64,000 nucleotides of DNA from positions 70,042-134,041 of the forward strand of contig JBBTRB010000004.1 in NCBI GenBank assembly GCA_038065395.1. Reading direction: 5' to 3'. Position numbers and translations under genes: made by a program. Source of the stretch: Patescibacteria group bacterium. Lineage in GTDB: Bacteria; Patescibacteriota; Minisyncoccia; Phycocordibacterales; PALSA-1337. Below the pieces are notes generated by a model that was not told the origin of the DNA, did not search any database, and worked only from the letters and a program-made list of their open reading frames with translations. This document shows, one piece after another, positions 43,486 to 51,597 of the stretch. Position 1 is the stretch's first letter. Every line of letters begins with the position of its first letter.

Positions 43486-43794
43486 CTCCGGAGACAGGAT
43501 TCGAACCTGTGACCAATCGCTTACGTATACTCCACTATTACTAATGGTACGGACTATATCATTCCCATATTCCACGGTCAGTGGAAGTTAGGGAAGAGGC
43601 GCTTCGTCCGATGCAACATCGGACTACTCCCCGAAGGGATAGTCTCTACACCTTCCCCGACATGATGTCGGGGCTTGGCTCGGTATTGCCCATGGGGATG
43701 GGTTTCACCGAATTCACCTCTTTTTCGATCCGTCTTTCAACGAAAAGCTGCAATAAGTTTACAGGCGACTGCTCTACCGCTGAGCTACTCCGGA
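43486..43794 (-). tRNA. tRNA-Asn(GUU) interrupted by a 237-nt group I intron between anticodon-loop positions 35 and 36
   Basis: 5' exon 43761-43794: UCCGGAG-UA-GCUC-AGCGGUA-GAGC-A-GUCGC-CUGU. 3' exon 43486-43523: UAA-GCGAU-UGGUC-ACAGG-UUCGAAU-CCUGU-CUCCGGA-G. The spliced product is close to E. coli tRNA-Asn, with the identical CUGUUAA loop and G73. The intron starts after U. Its internal guide GCAG pairs with exon CUGU (U.G at the splice site). It has AGACUA...UAGUC P7-like strands and ends in G. Confidence 0.75.
43524..43760 (-). other. Group I intron (no internal ORF)
   Basis: See the tRNA-Asn entry. The P1 helix, ~237-nt size and terminal G fit a tRNA-type group I intron. The track ORFs inside it are spurious. 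Confidence 0.65.
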
Positions 43795-44039
43795 ATGTAT
43801 TTTTTAAGGAACTCCTTTCCGTATCCACTCTTCAATCTTTTCTCTTCTTGCCTTGCCGCAGACCTATCCTTTCCTACTAACTTACAATATATCATTTTCC
43901 ACGGTCTGTATGGTCGAGTAGAAGTTACTTCACCGGCATTATGTTCGATAAGCCTTTTCTCTGGGTGATAACTCATGCCGACATATATCCTGTGGTCTAC
44001 TTCGCTGAGTAGTGCATATACGTAGTACATCTTCTCCAT
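43785..44039 (-). CDS. Small GIY-YIG nuclease-domain protein (84 aa); its stop codon overlaps the first 10 nt of the tRNA-Asn 5' exon
   Basis: MEKMYYVYALLSEVDHRIYVGMSYHPEKRLIEHNAGEVTSTRPYRPW... shows the GIY-(10-11 aa)-YVG pattern plus the conserved R and E/N. The start is placed at the internal Met; the upstream part of the track ORF overlaps the duplicated exon. Confidence 0.55.
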   Translation of the reverse strand: MEKMYYVYALLSEVDHRIYVGMSYHPEKRLIEHNAGEVTSTRPYRPWKMIYCKLVGKDRSAARQEEKRLKSGYGKEFLKKYIPE

Positions 44040-44050
44040 GAGATAGAGTT

Positions 44051-44112
44051 TATCACAGGCAACTGCTCCCTGCCTGCCGGCAGGCAGGTACCGCTGAGCT
44101 ATCCCGGAATAG
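44051..44112 (-). repeat. Degenerate duplicate of the tRNA-Asn 5' exon and exon-intron junction, carrying a 20-nt perfect palindrome insertion (cctgcctgccggcaggcagg)
   Basis: Minus-strand reading: UCCGGGAUAGCUCAGCGGUA[CCUGCCUGCCGGCAGGCAGG]GAGCAGUUGCCUGU-GAU-AAAC. The true gene reads UCCGGAGUAGCUCAGCGGUAGAGCAGUCGCCUGU|AAAC. Confidence 0.6.
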
Positions 44113-44171
44113 GTCTCTATCTCAATGCGAACATGAGAAAATGTACCACATATGGTACCGTAAATCAAAAC

Positions 44172-44396
44172 ATGTACATACACGTCAGAGTTATTGCCGA
44201 TGCACGGAAAGAAGAGGTTACGCATACCTCGAAGGATCATATGGTCATACGAGTGACAGAGAAGGCCGAACGCAATCAGGCCAACAAAAGAATTCTGGAA
44301 ATACTTCGAAGTTTATACCCGAATACCTTCATCCGTATTATCAATGGTCACCATTCACCATCGAAACTCATATCAGTCGATACGAAAGATGAGTAG
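44172..44396 (+). CDS. DUF167 (YggU-like) family protein
   Basis: IHVRVIADARKEEV.....MVIRVTEKAERNQANKRILEILRSLYPNTFIRIINGHHSPSKLISV matches v.v.a.P.A..n.....l.v.v.a.P..GkAN..l...La..l......i.iv.G..sr.K.i.i. Confidence 0.5.
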   Translation: MYIHVRVIADARKEEVTHTSKDHMVIRVTEKAERNQANKRILEILRSLYPNTFIRIINGHHSPSKLISVDTKDE

Positions 44397-44451
44397 TGGG
44401 CTGGTTCCCGATGCGATATAATAAGAGTATTAGTAATTAACCAATACTTCT

Positions 44452-44820
44452 ATGAACATCAACATCAAGACCACCGCCCTTACCATGACCGATGCGATAT
44501 CCGAGTATATAGCGAAACGACTCGAAAAGGTTACCAAGCTCATTGGAGAAGATCCTTCTGTTCAGTGTGATGTTGAACTTGCACGTACGACCAGCCATCA
44601 CAACAAGGGTGATATTTTCAAGGCTGAGATCCATATCGTCGGTGCAGGCAAGAATCTCTACGCCAGTAGCGAGAAGGAAGACCTGTACACTGCCATCGAT
44701 GATGTTCAGAATGAGATCGTACGAGAACTCACTACCGACAAAGAGAAGAAGCAGTCGATGATCCGCAAAGGAGGTGCTCGCATGAAGGCGATGATGAAGG
44801 GGCTCTGGCCTTGGAAGTAG
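44452..44820 (+). CDS. hpf: Ribosome hibernation-promoting factor / RaiA family protein
   Basis: MNINIKTTALTMTDAISEYIAKRLEKVTKL...FKAEIHIV...EDLYTAIDDVQNEIVREL is an S30EA-family pattern. Confidence 0.8.
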   Translation: MNINIKTTALTMTDAISEYIAKRLEKVTKLIGEDPSVQCDVELARTTSHHNKGDIFKAEIHIVGAGKNLYASSEKEDLYTAIDDVQNEIVRELTTDKEKKQSMIRKGGARMKAMMKGLWPWK

Positions 44821-44980
44821 ACATGTATGAGTGATCAACCCTTTTTCAATTTTTCAGGGAAACAGATCATCAACCAGTGGTTGGGAATATCACTGATATC
44901 GTTGATGTGTTTCTGGACGGTACTCTACTATGTCGTGAACAAAGCTCAAGATGTCGGACAGAGTCTCGTCGTTGGTACTA

Positions 44981-45850
44981 CTATCTCGACGAAGCATTGA
45001 GAGCTCCGTACCCACGGACGAAGTCTGCATAGGGCATAGCAGTGCCACCTTCAGGAATAACACGCTCAATTGCGAGTGTGTTATTCGTATATGAAGCCTC
45101 AGTGATCTTGACTCGGATCTGTGTGCCGTTGTGTGTGTGCATGACATAGGCAACTGGCCATGTATTGTAAGCTTGGATCTTACGGAAGTTCTTGTATGCG
45201 TCGTCAGTAAGATCGAGCAGTCCGTCTTCTTTGTGAATCTTTTTTGTAAAAGTCGCTGATGGGTGTTCTTGTTCTTGTTCAGTGATCTTGCCCTCTATCC
45301 AGAGTGGTAGGGTATCTGCCAAGAGATTGGCCCCCTCGGTTGCCATCAGAGTTTCGAATGCTTCATAGGTTGGCCAGGTGTCGATGGATATTCCTTTGTG
45401 AGCAAGGAGTGGTCCATGGTCCATCTTGTCATCGATGCGCATGATCGTGATGCCGGTATTTTTTGTATCTTCGAGCATCGCGGATTGAAGAGGAGATGCT
45501 CCGCGGTATTGAGGCAAGAGAGAAGGGTGAATATTGAGAGTCTTGTGAGGAGGGATGTCTATGACTGCAGAAGGGAGGATTTTGCCATATGAAGCAACAA
45601 TGAAGACGTCACTTGCTATACGCTTCAATAGTTCAATGGTTTCATTGTTGAATTGTTCAGGTATTTCTACAGGGATAGAATGTTCGACTGCCCAGGTCTT
45701 CACTACGTTAGGAGTCAGAACCATCTTCCTGCCTTGAGGCTTGTCTGGAGTAGTGACGATGAGGGTAGGGACGAGGCCTCTCTGTGTCAGTGTGTCGAGC
45801 ACGATGACTGAGAAGCGTGATGAACCGAAGTATGTAAATGGGATGTTCAT
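44981..45850 (-). CDS. fmt: Methionyl-tRNA formyltransferase
   Basis: HPSLLPQYRGASPLQSAML matches the Fmt HASLLPRWRGAAPIQ motif. N-terminal formyl-transferase fold plus C-terminal domain. Operon with def. Confidence 0.85.
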   Translation of the reverse strand: MNIPFTYFGSSRFSVIVLDTLTQRGLVPTLIVTTPDKPQGRKMVLTPNVVKTWAVEHSIPVEIPEQFNNETIELLKRIASDVFIVASYGKILPSAVIDIPPHKTLNIHPSLLPQYRGASPLQSAMLEDTKNTGITIMRIDDKMDHGPLLAHKGISIDTWPTYEAFETLMATEGANLLADTLPLWIEGKITEQEQEHPSATFTKKIHKEDGLLDLTDDAYKNFRKIQAYNTWPVAYVMHTHNGTQIRVKITEASYTNNTLAIERVIPEGGTAMPYADFVRGYGALNASSR

Positions 45851-45855
45851 AGTAT

Positions 45856-45879
45856 GTCATCCCCGCTCAGGCGGGGATC
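45856..45879. repeat. REP-like GC hairpin (gtcatccccgctcaggcggggatc)
   Basis: Same family as 14915-14940 and the termini of the element at 53179-53364. Confidence 0.55.
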
Positions 45880-45891
45880 TGCGGGTTAGTT

Positions 45892-46425
45892 TTATTTCTT
45901 TTTCTTCAGTTCCTCGACCTCCGCCTCCTCCATTTCCCATATGTCAGTTGCACGATCTATGAAAAGTATTCCTTCGAGATGGTCGACCTCGTGCTGGAAT
46001 ATCTGTGCCAGGAGGCCACTGGCACCACGTTCGATCTTCTCGCCTTTCTCATTGAGGGCACGGACAGTGGCACGGACAGAACGAGGGACTTTGCCATAGA
46101 GCCAACGAACAGAGAGACAACCTTCTTCGACGACGTTCTTCTCGCGAGACAGACGAGTGATAGTTGGGTTGATGAATACGAGATGTCCTGCTTCGCCCGT
46201 GTATTCAGGATCTGCTTGTCTGAGAAGAGTCCCAGAGACGATGAAGATGCGCAGCGGTACACCGATCTGAGGTGCGGCGATCGCGATGCCATCGTGTTGC
46301 GAGTCGAGGGCAGTGATCATGTTAGCGAGGATTTTCGCCAGTTTGGCTGTGCCAATATCTGAAGAGGCCACATCTTTGGCCTTGGCATGGAGTACCGGGT
46401 TGTCGCGTTGCACGATGTCGATCAT
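45892..46425 (-). CDS. def: Peptide deformylase
   Basis: GIAIAAPQIG, EGCLSV and QHEVDHLEG motifs. The start is placed at Met 46425 (MIDIVQRD...). Confidence 0.85.
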   Translation of the reverse strand: MIDIVQRDNPVLHAKAKDVASSDIGTAKLAKILANMITALDSQHDGIAIAAPQIGVPLRIFIVSGTLLRQADPEYTGEAGHLVFINPTITRLSREKNVVEEGCLSVRWLYGKVPRSVRATVRALNEKGEKIERGASGLLAQIFQHEVDHLEGILFIDRATDIWEMEEAEVEELKKKK

Positions 46426-46571
46426 GGAATAACTGTAACAGGAGAAACAAAAACAGTAAATAGTAACTAGAAAAATGTAACTTGTAACTAGAGATGTGTC
46501 TCTGCGATTTTCCAATTACTAATTACCAATCCCTAGTTACATTTTTCTAGTTACCAGTTACTAATCTCCTA
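46426..46571. repeat. Intergenic inverted-repeat element (gtaactagaaaaatgtaacttgtaactag ... ctagttacatttttctagttaccagttac)
   Basis: About 28-bp arms with a ~45-nt spacer, containing CTAATTACCAATC. It is related in motif content to 12442-12532, 51472-51515 and 53940-54012. Confidence 0.55.
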
Positions 46572-48482
46572 TTACAAAAGTGATTCCGGATTCACCTTGA
46601 CCTTGACCGAAGGAGGGAGAGAGCGGAGTTTTGCTACCAGAGTAGAGTTTGGCCAAGTGTGAGGTTCGATCTTGATCAGTCCATGGATGATCGAGTTGCC
46701 ACGAATGCTGGCAGTGAATGCAGGGAAGATGTCGATCGTGTAGGGGTCGAGCAGTTTTTGGATCTCGGCCATCTCGTGGGCGATCGGGTCTTTCTTGCCT
46801 TCGATACTGATCTTGATGAGTGTGCCACAGGGTGGATAGCGGAACTGCCGACGTTCTTCGAGAGTAGCACGGTAGAAGTCACTGAGGTTGCCCTTGAGAC
46901 CGTACTCGAATACTTTTTCTTCAGCACGACGCGTCTGTACCAATATCGAACGCGTGGCGATATTGCGCAGACGGATCAGCGTGTACATGATCTTTTCTTG
47001 TATACGGAAGTCTGGCAAGGCGAAGAGTGCATCCATCGATACGATCGCTACATGGTCGATCTTGTCAGGAAGATAGGCTAGTGCCATCTCGGTGCCGAGC
47101 AGGATGCTGCCCGGTCGCATGATGAAGTCGTTGTAGACGGCATGAGTTTTCTCACTGGTATCAGTTGTGTCACTGTCTATCTTGAAGATATCGATATCAG
47201 GGAACCGAGTACGGATCTCTTCTTCGACGCGTTGGATACCGATGCCGAGCGGGGTGAGTCTCCAGCCGCCACAGACACGACACATCTCGGCTGCACTGCG
47301 TCGTTCGCCACACGCATGACACATGAAGAAATTCCTGCCAGAATCTTTGGACGTATGGAGTACAACTGGTGCCGAACACTGCGTACAGGCGACGATAGTC
47401 TCGCAGTCGGCGCAGACGGTCGACGGTGAGATTCCTCGCCGAGTAGTAAGGATGAAGAGATGAGTGCTCTCTTGCTTACTTCTGGTGATCAGGGTTTCGA
47501 GCTCAGGAGACAAGACGCGGAAATTGTTCTCTGCCCCTTTGTACACCTTCATATCGACCAGAGTTTCTTGGGCAGTAGAGATCGAGCGCCACTTGAAAGG
47601 CGAGCCTTCATAGATGTCGTGTTCGGCGAGGCGATAGAGTGTCTCGGTGCGCAGGAGACTGTCAGATATATGTACGGTACGTTGCTCTGCTCGATGATAG
47701 ACTTCGAGTGCATGTCGTATGTCAATATATGGTGCTCGTTGGGTGACCCATCCTCGGCCATGCTCACGTTCGATGATGACTGTCTGTATGTCAGATCGAG
47801 GGAGGAGCAGGAATGATCCGGTGGCGATGATGACGACCGGATGAATACTCTCGGCGATTGCCTTCCATGTATCGAGCGTCTTCTTGGGAGACAAGTCTCC
47901 ATGAAGGACGAAGATATACCCCTCAATTCCTTTTTCGAGAGTAGTGAAGAGTCGCTCAGCATCTTCGATCGTCGATACATAGAGAGCAACCGACTGTGCC
48001 TGAGCGAACTTCTGGCGGATCAGACTACGCCAAGAACTATGTCTGTCGGCAGTGTCGCCCTGTACTGCATATGTGTCACCGGTACGCCGAGAAGATGTGG
48101 AAACAGTCTTGGTAGGTTGAGAGGAGAGCGGAGGGGGTATCTTGTGGGCGTTGGTCAGGAGCACCTCCGCAACGAGAGCGTCGATGACAGATCCGACGGT
48201 AGTAGCATAGTGGTCTGCCAAGAGGCTACATGAATCCAGGAATGAGACCGGGAAGAATGCTGTAGCCTTGACCTTGCCGAGTTTGCGGATCTCGAAGGGG
48301 GCGTTCTTGATCTCGCTCTTGATATCTTCGGCAGGACGTATCGCGATGATGATGGCATATATGGTCTTGGAGCGCAGTGGCACCGATACGACCGCTCCGA
48401 CGGGGAGTTCTGTCGAAGTGAAGTACGAGAGGGTCGGACTGAGCTTCGACCTGCTCAAAGGTATGACAGTGATGATATACAT
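46572..48482 (-). CDS. priA: Primosomal protein N' (PriA) homolog with degenerate Walker A and DExH motifs
   Basis: PriA N-terminal 3'-DNA-binding domain and Cys-rich zinc region (CADCETIVACTQCSAPVV...CHACGERRSAAEMCRVCGG) are intact. The motif I position reads YAVQGDTADRHS where GvTGSGKT is expected. Motif II reads VIIEREHG where viDEEHd is expected. Confidence 0.75.
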   Translation of the reverse strand: MYIITVIPLSRSKLSPTLSYFTSTELPVGAVVSVPLRSKTIYAIIIAIRPAEDIKSEIKNAPFEIRKLGKVKATAFFPVSFLDSCSLLADHYATTVGSVIDALVAEVLLTNAHKIPPPLSSQPTKTVSTSSRRTGDTYAVQGDTADRHSSWRSLIRQKFAQAQSVALYVSTIEDAERLFTTLEKGIEGYIFVLHGDLSPKKTLDTWKAIAESIHPVVIIATGSFLLLPRSDIQTVIIEREHGRGWVTQRAPYIDIRHALEVYHRAEQRTVHISDSLLRTETLYRLAEHDIYEGSPFKWRSISTAQETLVDMKVYKGAENNFRVLSPELETLITRSKQESTHLFILTTRRGISPSTVCADCETIVACTQCSAPVVLHTSKDSGRNFFMCHACGERRSAAEMCRVCGGWRLTPLGIGIQRVEEEIRTRFPDIDIFKIDSDTTDTSEKTHAVYNDFIMRPGSILLGTEMALAYLPDKIDHVAIVSMDALFALPDFRIQEKIMYTLIRLRNIATRSILVQTRRAEEKVFEYGLKGNLSDFYRATLEERRQFRYPPCGTLIKISIEGKKDPIAHEMAEIQKLLDPYTIDIFPAFTASIRGNSIIHGLIKIEPHTWPNSTLVAKLRSLPPSVKVKVNPESLL

Positions 48483-48539
48483 ATATATAGTTATACCGCC
48501 TCTGCTCGTATTTGTGAAATTGCCTTGTAACGATTAGAA

Positions 48540-48790
48540 TGGGAAAGGTAGGCAACTCAAGAAAAAATCATTTCTCTCAAATCCAAAGGTCAAGACAATT
48601 CCGTGATTCTTACACACCCTCTTGTTTTGATAGAAATGATTTTTTCTTGAGTTGCCTACCAGAAGGTCCAGAATGAGAAGCCTACAGGAATATTTCTGGA
48701 CTCAAAACAAGAGGGTGTGTAAAGTTTTCGAAGTCGCCTCAACCTTTGGATTTGAGGTAAGAAATATTCCTGTAGGGTTCTCATAGATTT
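48540..48790. repeat. Highly structured divergent-promoter region with four interleaved inverted-repeat pairs
   Basis: A ggtaggcaactcaagaaaaaatcatttct(c/a)tcaaa pairs with A' at 48624-48660. B tccaaaggt pairs with acctttgga. C cttacacaccctcttgttttga pairs with tcaaaacaagagggtgtgtaag. D agaagcctacaggaatatttct pairs with agaaatattcctgtaggg. The order is A B C A' D C' B' D'. Confidence 0.6.
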
Positions 48791-48795
48791 AGTAT

Positions 48796-50106
48796 ATGTC
48801 CAACAACACCAAAGAAACATTCGTCATACAGGGTCTCAATGGCAAGCAGACACTTTCTGGCTCGATCGCTGTGCATGGAGCAAAAAACGCCGCGCTCAAG
48901 GCTATGGCTGCGGCAGTGCTGTTCGATGGGCCAGTGACACTCGAGAATATTCCTGACAACGCTGACGTCGGTGTGATGGGCGAAGTACTATCCAAGCTCG
49001 GTGCCTCCGTACAAAGAACTTCAGAACACTCATTCATTATTGATCCTTCCTCTATCGCCACTACCGATATCGATGCCGAGCTCGCTCAGAATATGCGTTC
49101 GTCGGTCGTGCTTACCGGGCCGCTCCTCGCGCGCTTCGGTAAGGTCTCATTCCCTGCACCTGGTGGTTGTGTCATCGGTACTCGCCCGATCGATCTGTTC
49201 GTCGAAGGGTACAAGAAGATGGGTGCAACCGTGAACATCATCGATGATGCCACTTATGACATCTCAGTTGCCTCAGGTGTTGCTGCTACAGAAATCTTTT
49301 TTAATATTCAGTCAGTCGGTGGTACCGAGACGCTGATGATGGCTGCCGTGTTGGGCACAGGCACGACGATCCTTCGCAACTGTGCGATGGAGCCGGAGAT
49401 CGTCAATGTCGCCGAGTGGCTCAATGCCGCCGGTGCAGATATCCAGGGTGTTGGTACAACCACGATTATCATTACAGGGACCGGAGGGAAGTTGCTTGCC
49501 TCAAAGGTGTCTTATCGTGCGATCCCTGACCGTATCGAAGCTGCAAGTTTCCTGATCATGGGAGCATTGTCTGCACGCGAGATCACTATTGAAAACTGTG
49601 AACCACGACATATGGAGGCCGTCATTCATCTCTTGCAAGGATCTGGTGTCGAGATGAAGATCGGTAAGGATCGCGTCACTGTCAAAGGACTCTCCGGTCC
49701 ACGACCATTCAATGTACGCACTCACGAATATCCAGGTTTCCCGACAGACATCCAGGCACCGATCGTCACGTATCTGACTCAGGCAACGGGTGAGTCGACC
49801 ATTTTCGAAACTATTTTTGAGGGAAGATTCAAGTACGTCGAAGATCTTTCCCAGATGGGCGCATCTATCACGGTCATGAACCCTCGTGAGATCCTGATCA
49901 AAGGTGCAACGCCCCTGCGACAGTTACCCGAAAAAGACGAGCTCCGTGCCCATGATATCCGTGCTGGCTTTGCGGTCGTTCTCGCAGCTATTATCGGTAC
50001 AGGAACTTTCACTATCCATAACATCCATCTGATCGATAGGGGATATGAGAGGCTGGAGGAGAGACTTTCGAAGCTGGGGGTTGGTATTGTGAGGAAGGTG
50101 GTTTAA
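48796..50106 (+). CDS. murA: UDP-N-acetylglucosamine 1-carboxyvinyltransferase
   Basis: EPSP-synthase-like fold. KNAALK, catalytic-loop Cys region (PGGCVIGTRPID) and full length. Confidence 0.9.
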   Translation: MSNNTKETFVIQGLNGKQTLSGSIAVHGAKNAALKAMAAAVLFDGPVTLENIPDNADVGVMGEVLSKLGASVQRTSEHSFIIDPSSIATTDIDAELAQNMRSSVVLTGPLLARFGKVSFPAPGGCVIGTRPIDLFVEGYKKMGATVNIIDDATYDISVASGVAATEIFFNIQSVGGTETLMMAAVLGTGTTILRNCAMEPEIVNVAEWLNAAGADIQGVGTTTIIITGTGGKLLASKVSYRAIPDRIEAASFLIMGALSAREITIENCEPRHMEAVIHLLQGSGVEMKIGKDRVTVKGLSGPRPFNVRTHEYPGFPTDIQAPIVTYLTQATGESTIFETIFEGRFKYVEDLSQMGASITVMNPREILIKGATPLRQLPEKDELRAHDIRAGFAVVLAAIIGTGTFTIHNIHLIDRGYERLEERLSKLGVGIVRKVV

Positions 50107-50234
50107 GAGTTTGTACCAGAAACACAAAATCCGCCGAAGCGGATCTTGTAGAAATTTATTGTTCGATACCTCGCAACCTCTCCTCATCAGTGCTAACAAG
50201 TATACTCTTTCTAGATAGCAAGTCAAATTCAAAC

Positions 50235-50305
50235 TGGTGGACCGAACGGGAATCGAACCCGTACGCCTCAGCTGATGAGGAGAGGCTGGCACCATGCCTC
50301 GGCCC
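50235..50305 (-). ncRNA. tRNA-like small RNA, copy 3 (71 nt, CCA encoded)
   Basis: Acceptor GGGCCGA/UCGGUCC, compensatory relative to copies 1 and 2. T-arm ACGGG-UUCGAUU-CCCGU. Leader hairpin GCGGAAGAC-ucu-GUCUUCCCGC. Preceded by motif copy G. Confidence 0.6.
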
Positions 50306-50344
50306 ACGCGGGAAGACAGAGTCTTCCGCACATACACCGTAACA

Positions 50345-50390
50345 GGTTGAAATGAAGAAACGATGAATTTAGGTTAAAGAAACGATAAAG
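50345..50390 (-). promoter_or_regulatory. Conserved upstream motif, copy G (ctttatcgtttctttaacctaaattcatcgtttcttcatttcaacc)
   Basis: Same core as copies D and E. Confidence 0.55.
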
Positions 50391-50457
50391 ATTTTGAAGG
50401 AGAATGAAGCCAAAACCTCCTTTTCCTTGCGATTTTGTGATATAGTCGCCACTACGT

Positions 50458-51471
50458 ATGAAGTTTTTCTCACCGAAACTAGGGATAGATCTCGGTACCG
50501 CCAATACGCTTGTTTTCGCCCCTGGTAGAGGCATCATCCTCAATGAACCTTCGGTCGTGGCAGTGTCAGAAGTCGACAAGAAAGTCTTGGCTGTTGGCAA
50601 TGAAGCCAAGGAGATGGTAGGCCGAACGCCCGATAGTATCGTGGCATATCGTCCGATCAAAGACGGCGTGATCGCAGACTACCGTGTGACCGAAGCCATG
50701 CTCCGTTATTTCATCGACAAAGCTCTGGGACGTTTTTCTATATTCAAACCCGAGGTGATGGTTTCGGTACCTGCGGGTATAACCTCAACCGAACGTCGTG
50801 CAGTCGTAGAGGCAGCTCTTCGTGCTGGTGCGCGCAATGCCTACGTGGTGAAAGAGCCGATCCTTGCGGCGATTGGTGCCGGTATCCCGATCCAAGAACC
50901 GCGTGGTCATATGATCATCGACATTGGTGGCGGTACGACCGATGTGGCAGTGATCTCACTCGGTGGTATCGTTGCATCCAACTCGGTCAAATGTGCTGGC
51001 GACAAGATGGACAGCGCGATCGCCGACTATGTCAAGAAAACGTTCAACCTGGCGATCGGTGACCATATGGCCGAGCTCATCAAGATCACCATCGGCTCTG
51101 CTATCCCACTCGAACAAGAGCTCTCGATGATCGTCAAAGGCCGCGATTTCATTTCAGGGATGCCTCGTTCGACTGAGATCAAGACCAACGAGATCGTCAA
51201 AGCCCTTGCTACGCCTCTACGTGACATGATCAAAGCCATCAAGGACGTTCTCCAAGACACTCCGCCCGAGCTTGCAGCTGATATCATCGACCAAGGCATC
51301 ACCATGACTGGTGGCTCCTCGATGCTCCGCAACTTGCCAGAACTTGTCTTCCGTCGTACAGGTGTGAAGGCTCAACTTGCCGAAGATGCACTCCTCTGTG
51401 TCGTGAAGGGGACGGGTATAGCGCTCGAACATCTGGATGTATACAAGAAGAGTATTATTTCGAAGAGGTAG
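50458..51471 (+). CDS. mreB: Rod shape-determining actin homolog MreB (paralog 1, stand-alone)
   Basis: IGIDLGTANTLVF phosphate-1 motif and MIIDIGGGTTDVAVISLGG phosphate-2 motif. Full length. Confidence 0.9.
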   Translation: MKFFSPKLGIDLGTANTLVFAPGRGIILNEPSVVAVSEVDKKVLAVGNEAKEMVGRTPDSIVAYRPIKDGVIADYRVTEAMLRYFIDKALGRFSIFKPEVMVSVPAGITSTERRAVVEAALRAGARNAYVVKEPILAAIGAGIPIQEPRGHMIIDIGGGTTDVAVISLGGIVASNSVKCAGDKMDSAIADYVKKTFNLAIGDHMAELIKITIGSAIPLEQELSMIVKGRDFISGMPRSTEIKTNEIVKALATPLRDMIKAIKDVLQDTPPELAADIIDQGITMTGGSSMLRNLPELVFRRTGVKAQLAEDALLCVVKGTGIALEHLDVYKKSIISKR

Positions 51472-51562
51472 GGAGGTGTAATTGGAAAAAAGTAACTAGT
51501 AACTAGAAAAAGGCTTAGAATAAGGGTTGTTGTGATTCAGGCTAGAATTCACCGTTTTGGAC

Positions 51563-51590
51563 TTGACAAATAACATGGCTGTGCTATACT
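51563..51590 (+). promoter_or_regulatory. Sigma70-type promoter (TTGACA, 16-nt spacer, TATACT)
   Basis: Consensus -35 with a near-consensus -10. It heads a ~420-nt ORF-free transcribed region. Confidence 0.55.
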
Positions 51591-51597
51591 GTTACCA

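Noticed and set aside
31929-43486. Genomic island integrated at the 3' end of tRNA-Asn, because that end faces a block of hypothetical and accessory genes
   Set aside because: No integrase or recombinase gene and no direct repeat of the tRNA 3' end could be found by eye in the block. The idea remains possible but unsupported.
43581-43968. Track ORFs inside the tRNA-Asn intron (43581-43880 +, 43675-43968 +, 43646-43828 -), considered as a possible intron-encoded homing endonuclease
   Set aside because: They are short, overlap each other and the exons, and carry no LAGLIDADG/GIY-YIG/HNH motifs. The intron, at 237 nt, is of the ORF-less size class.
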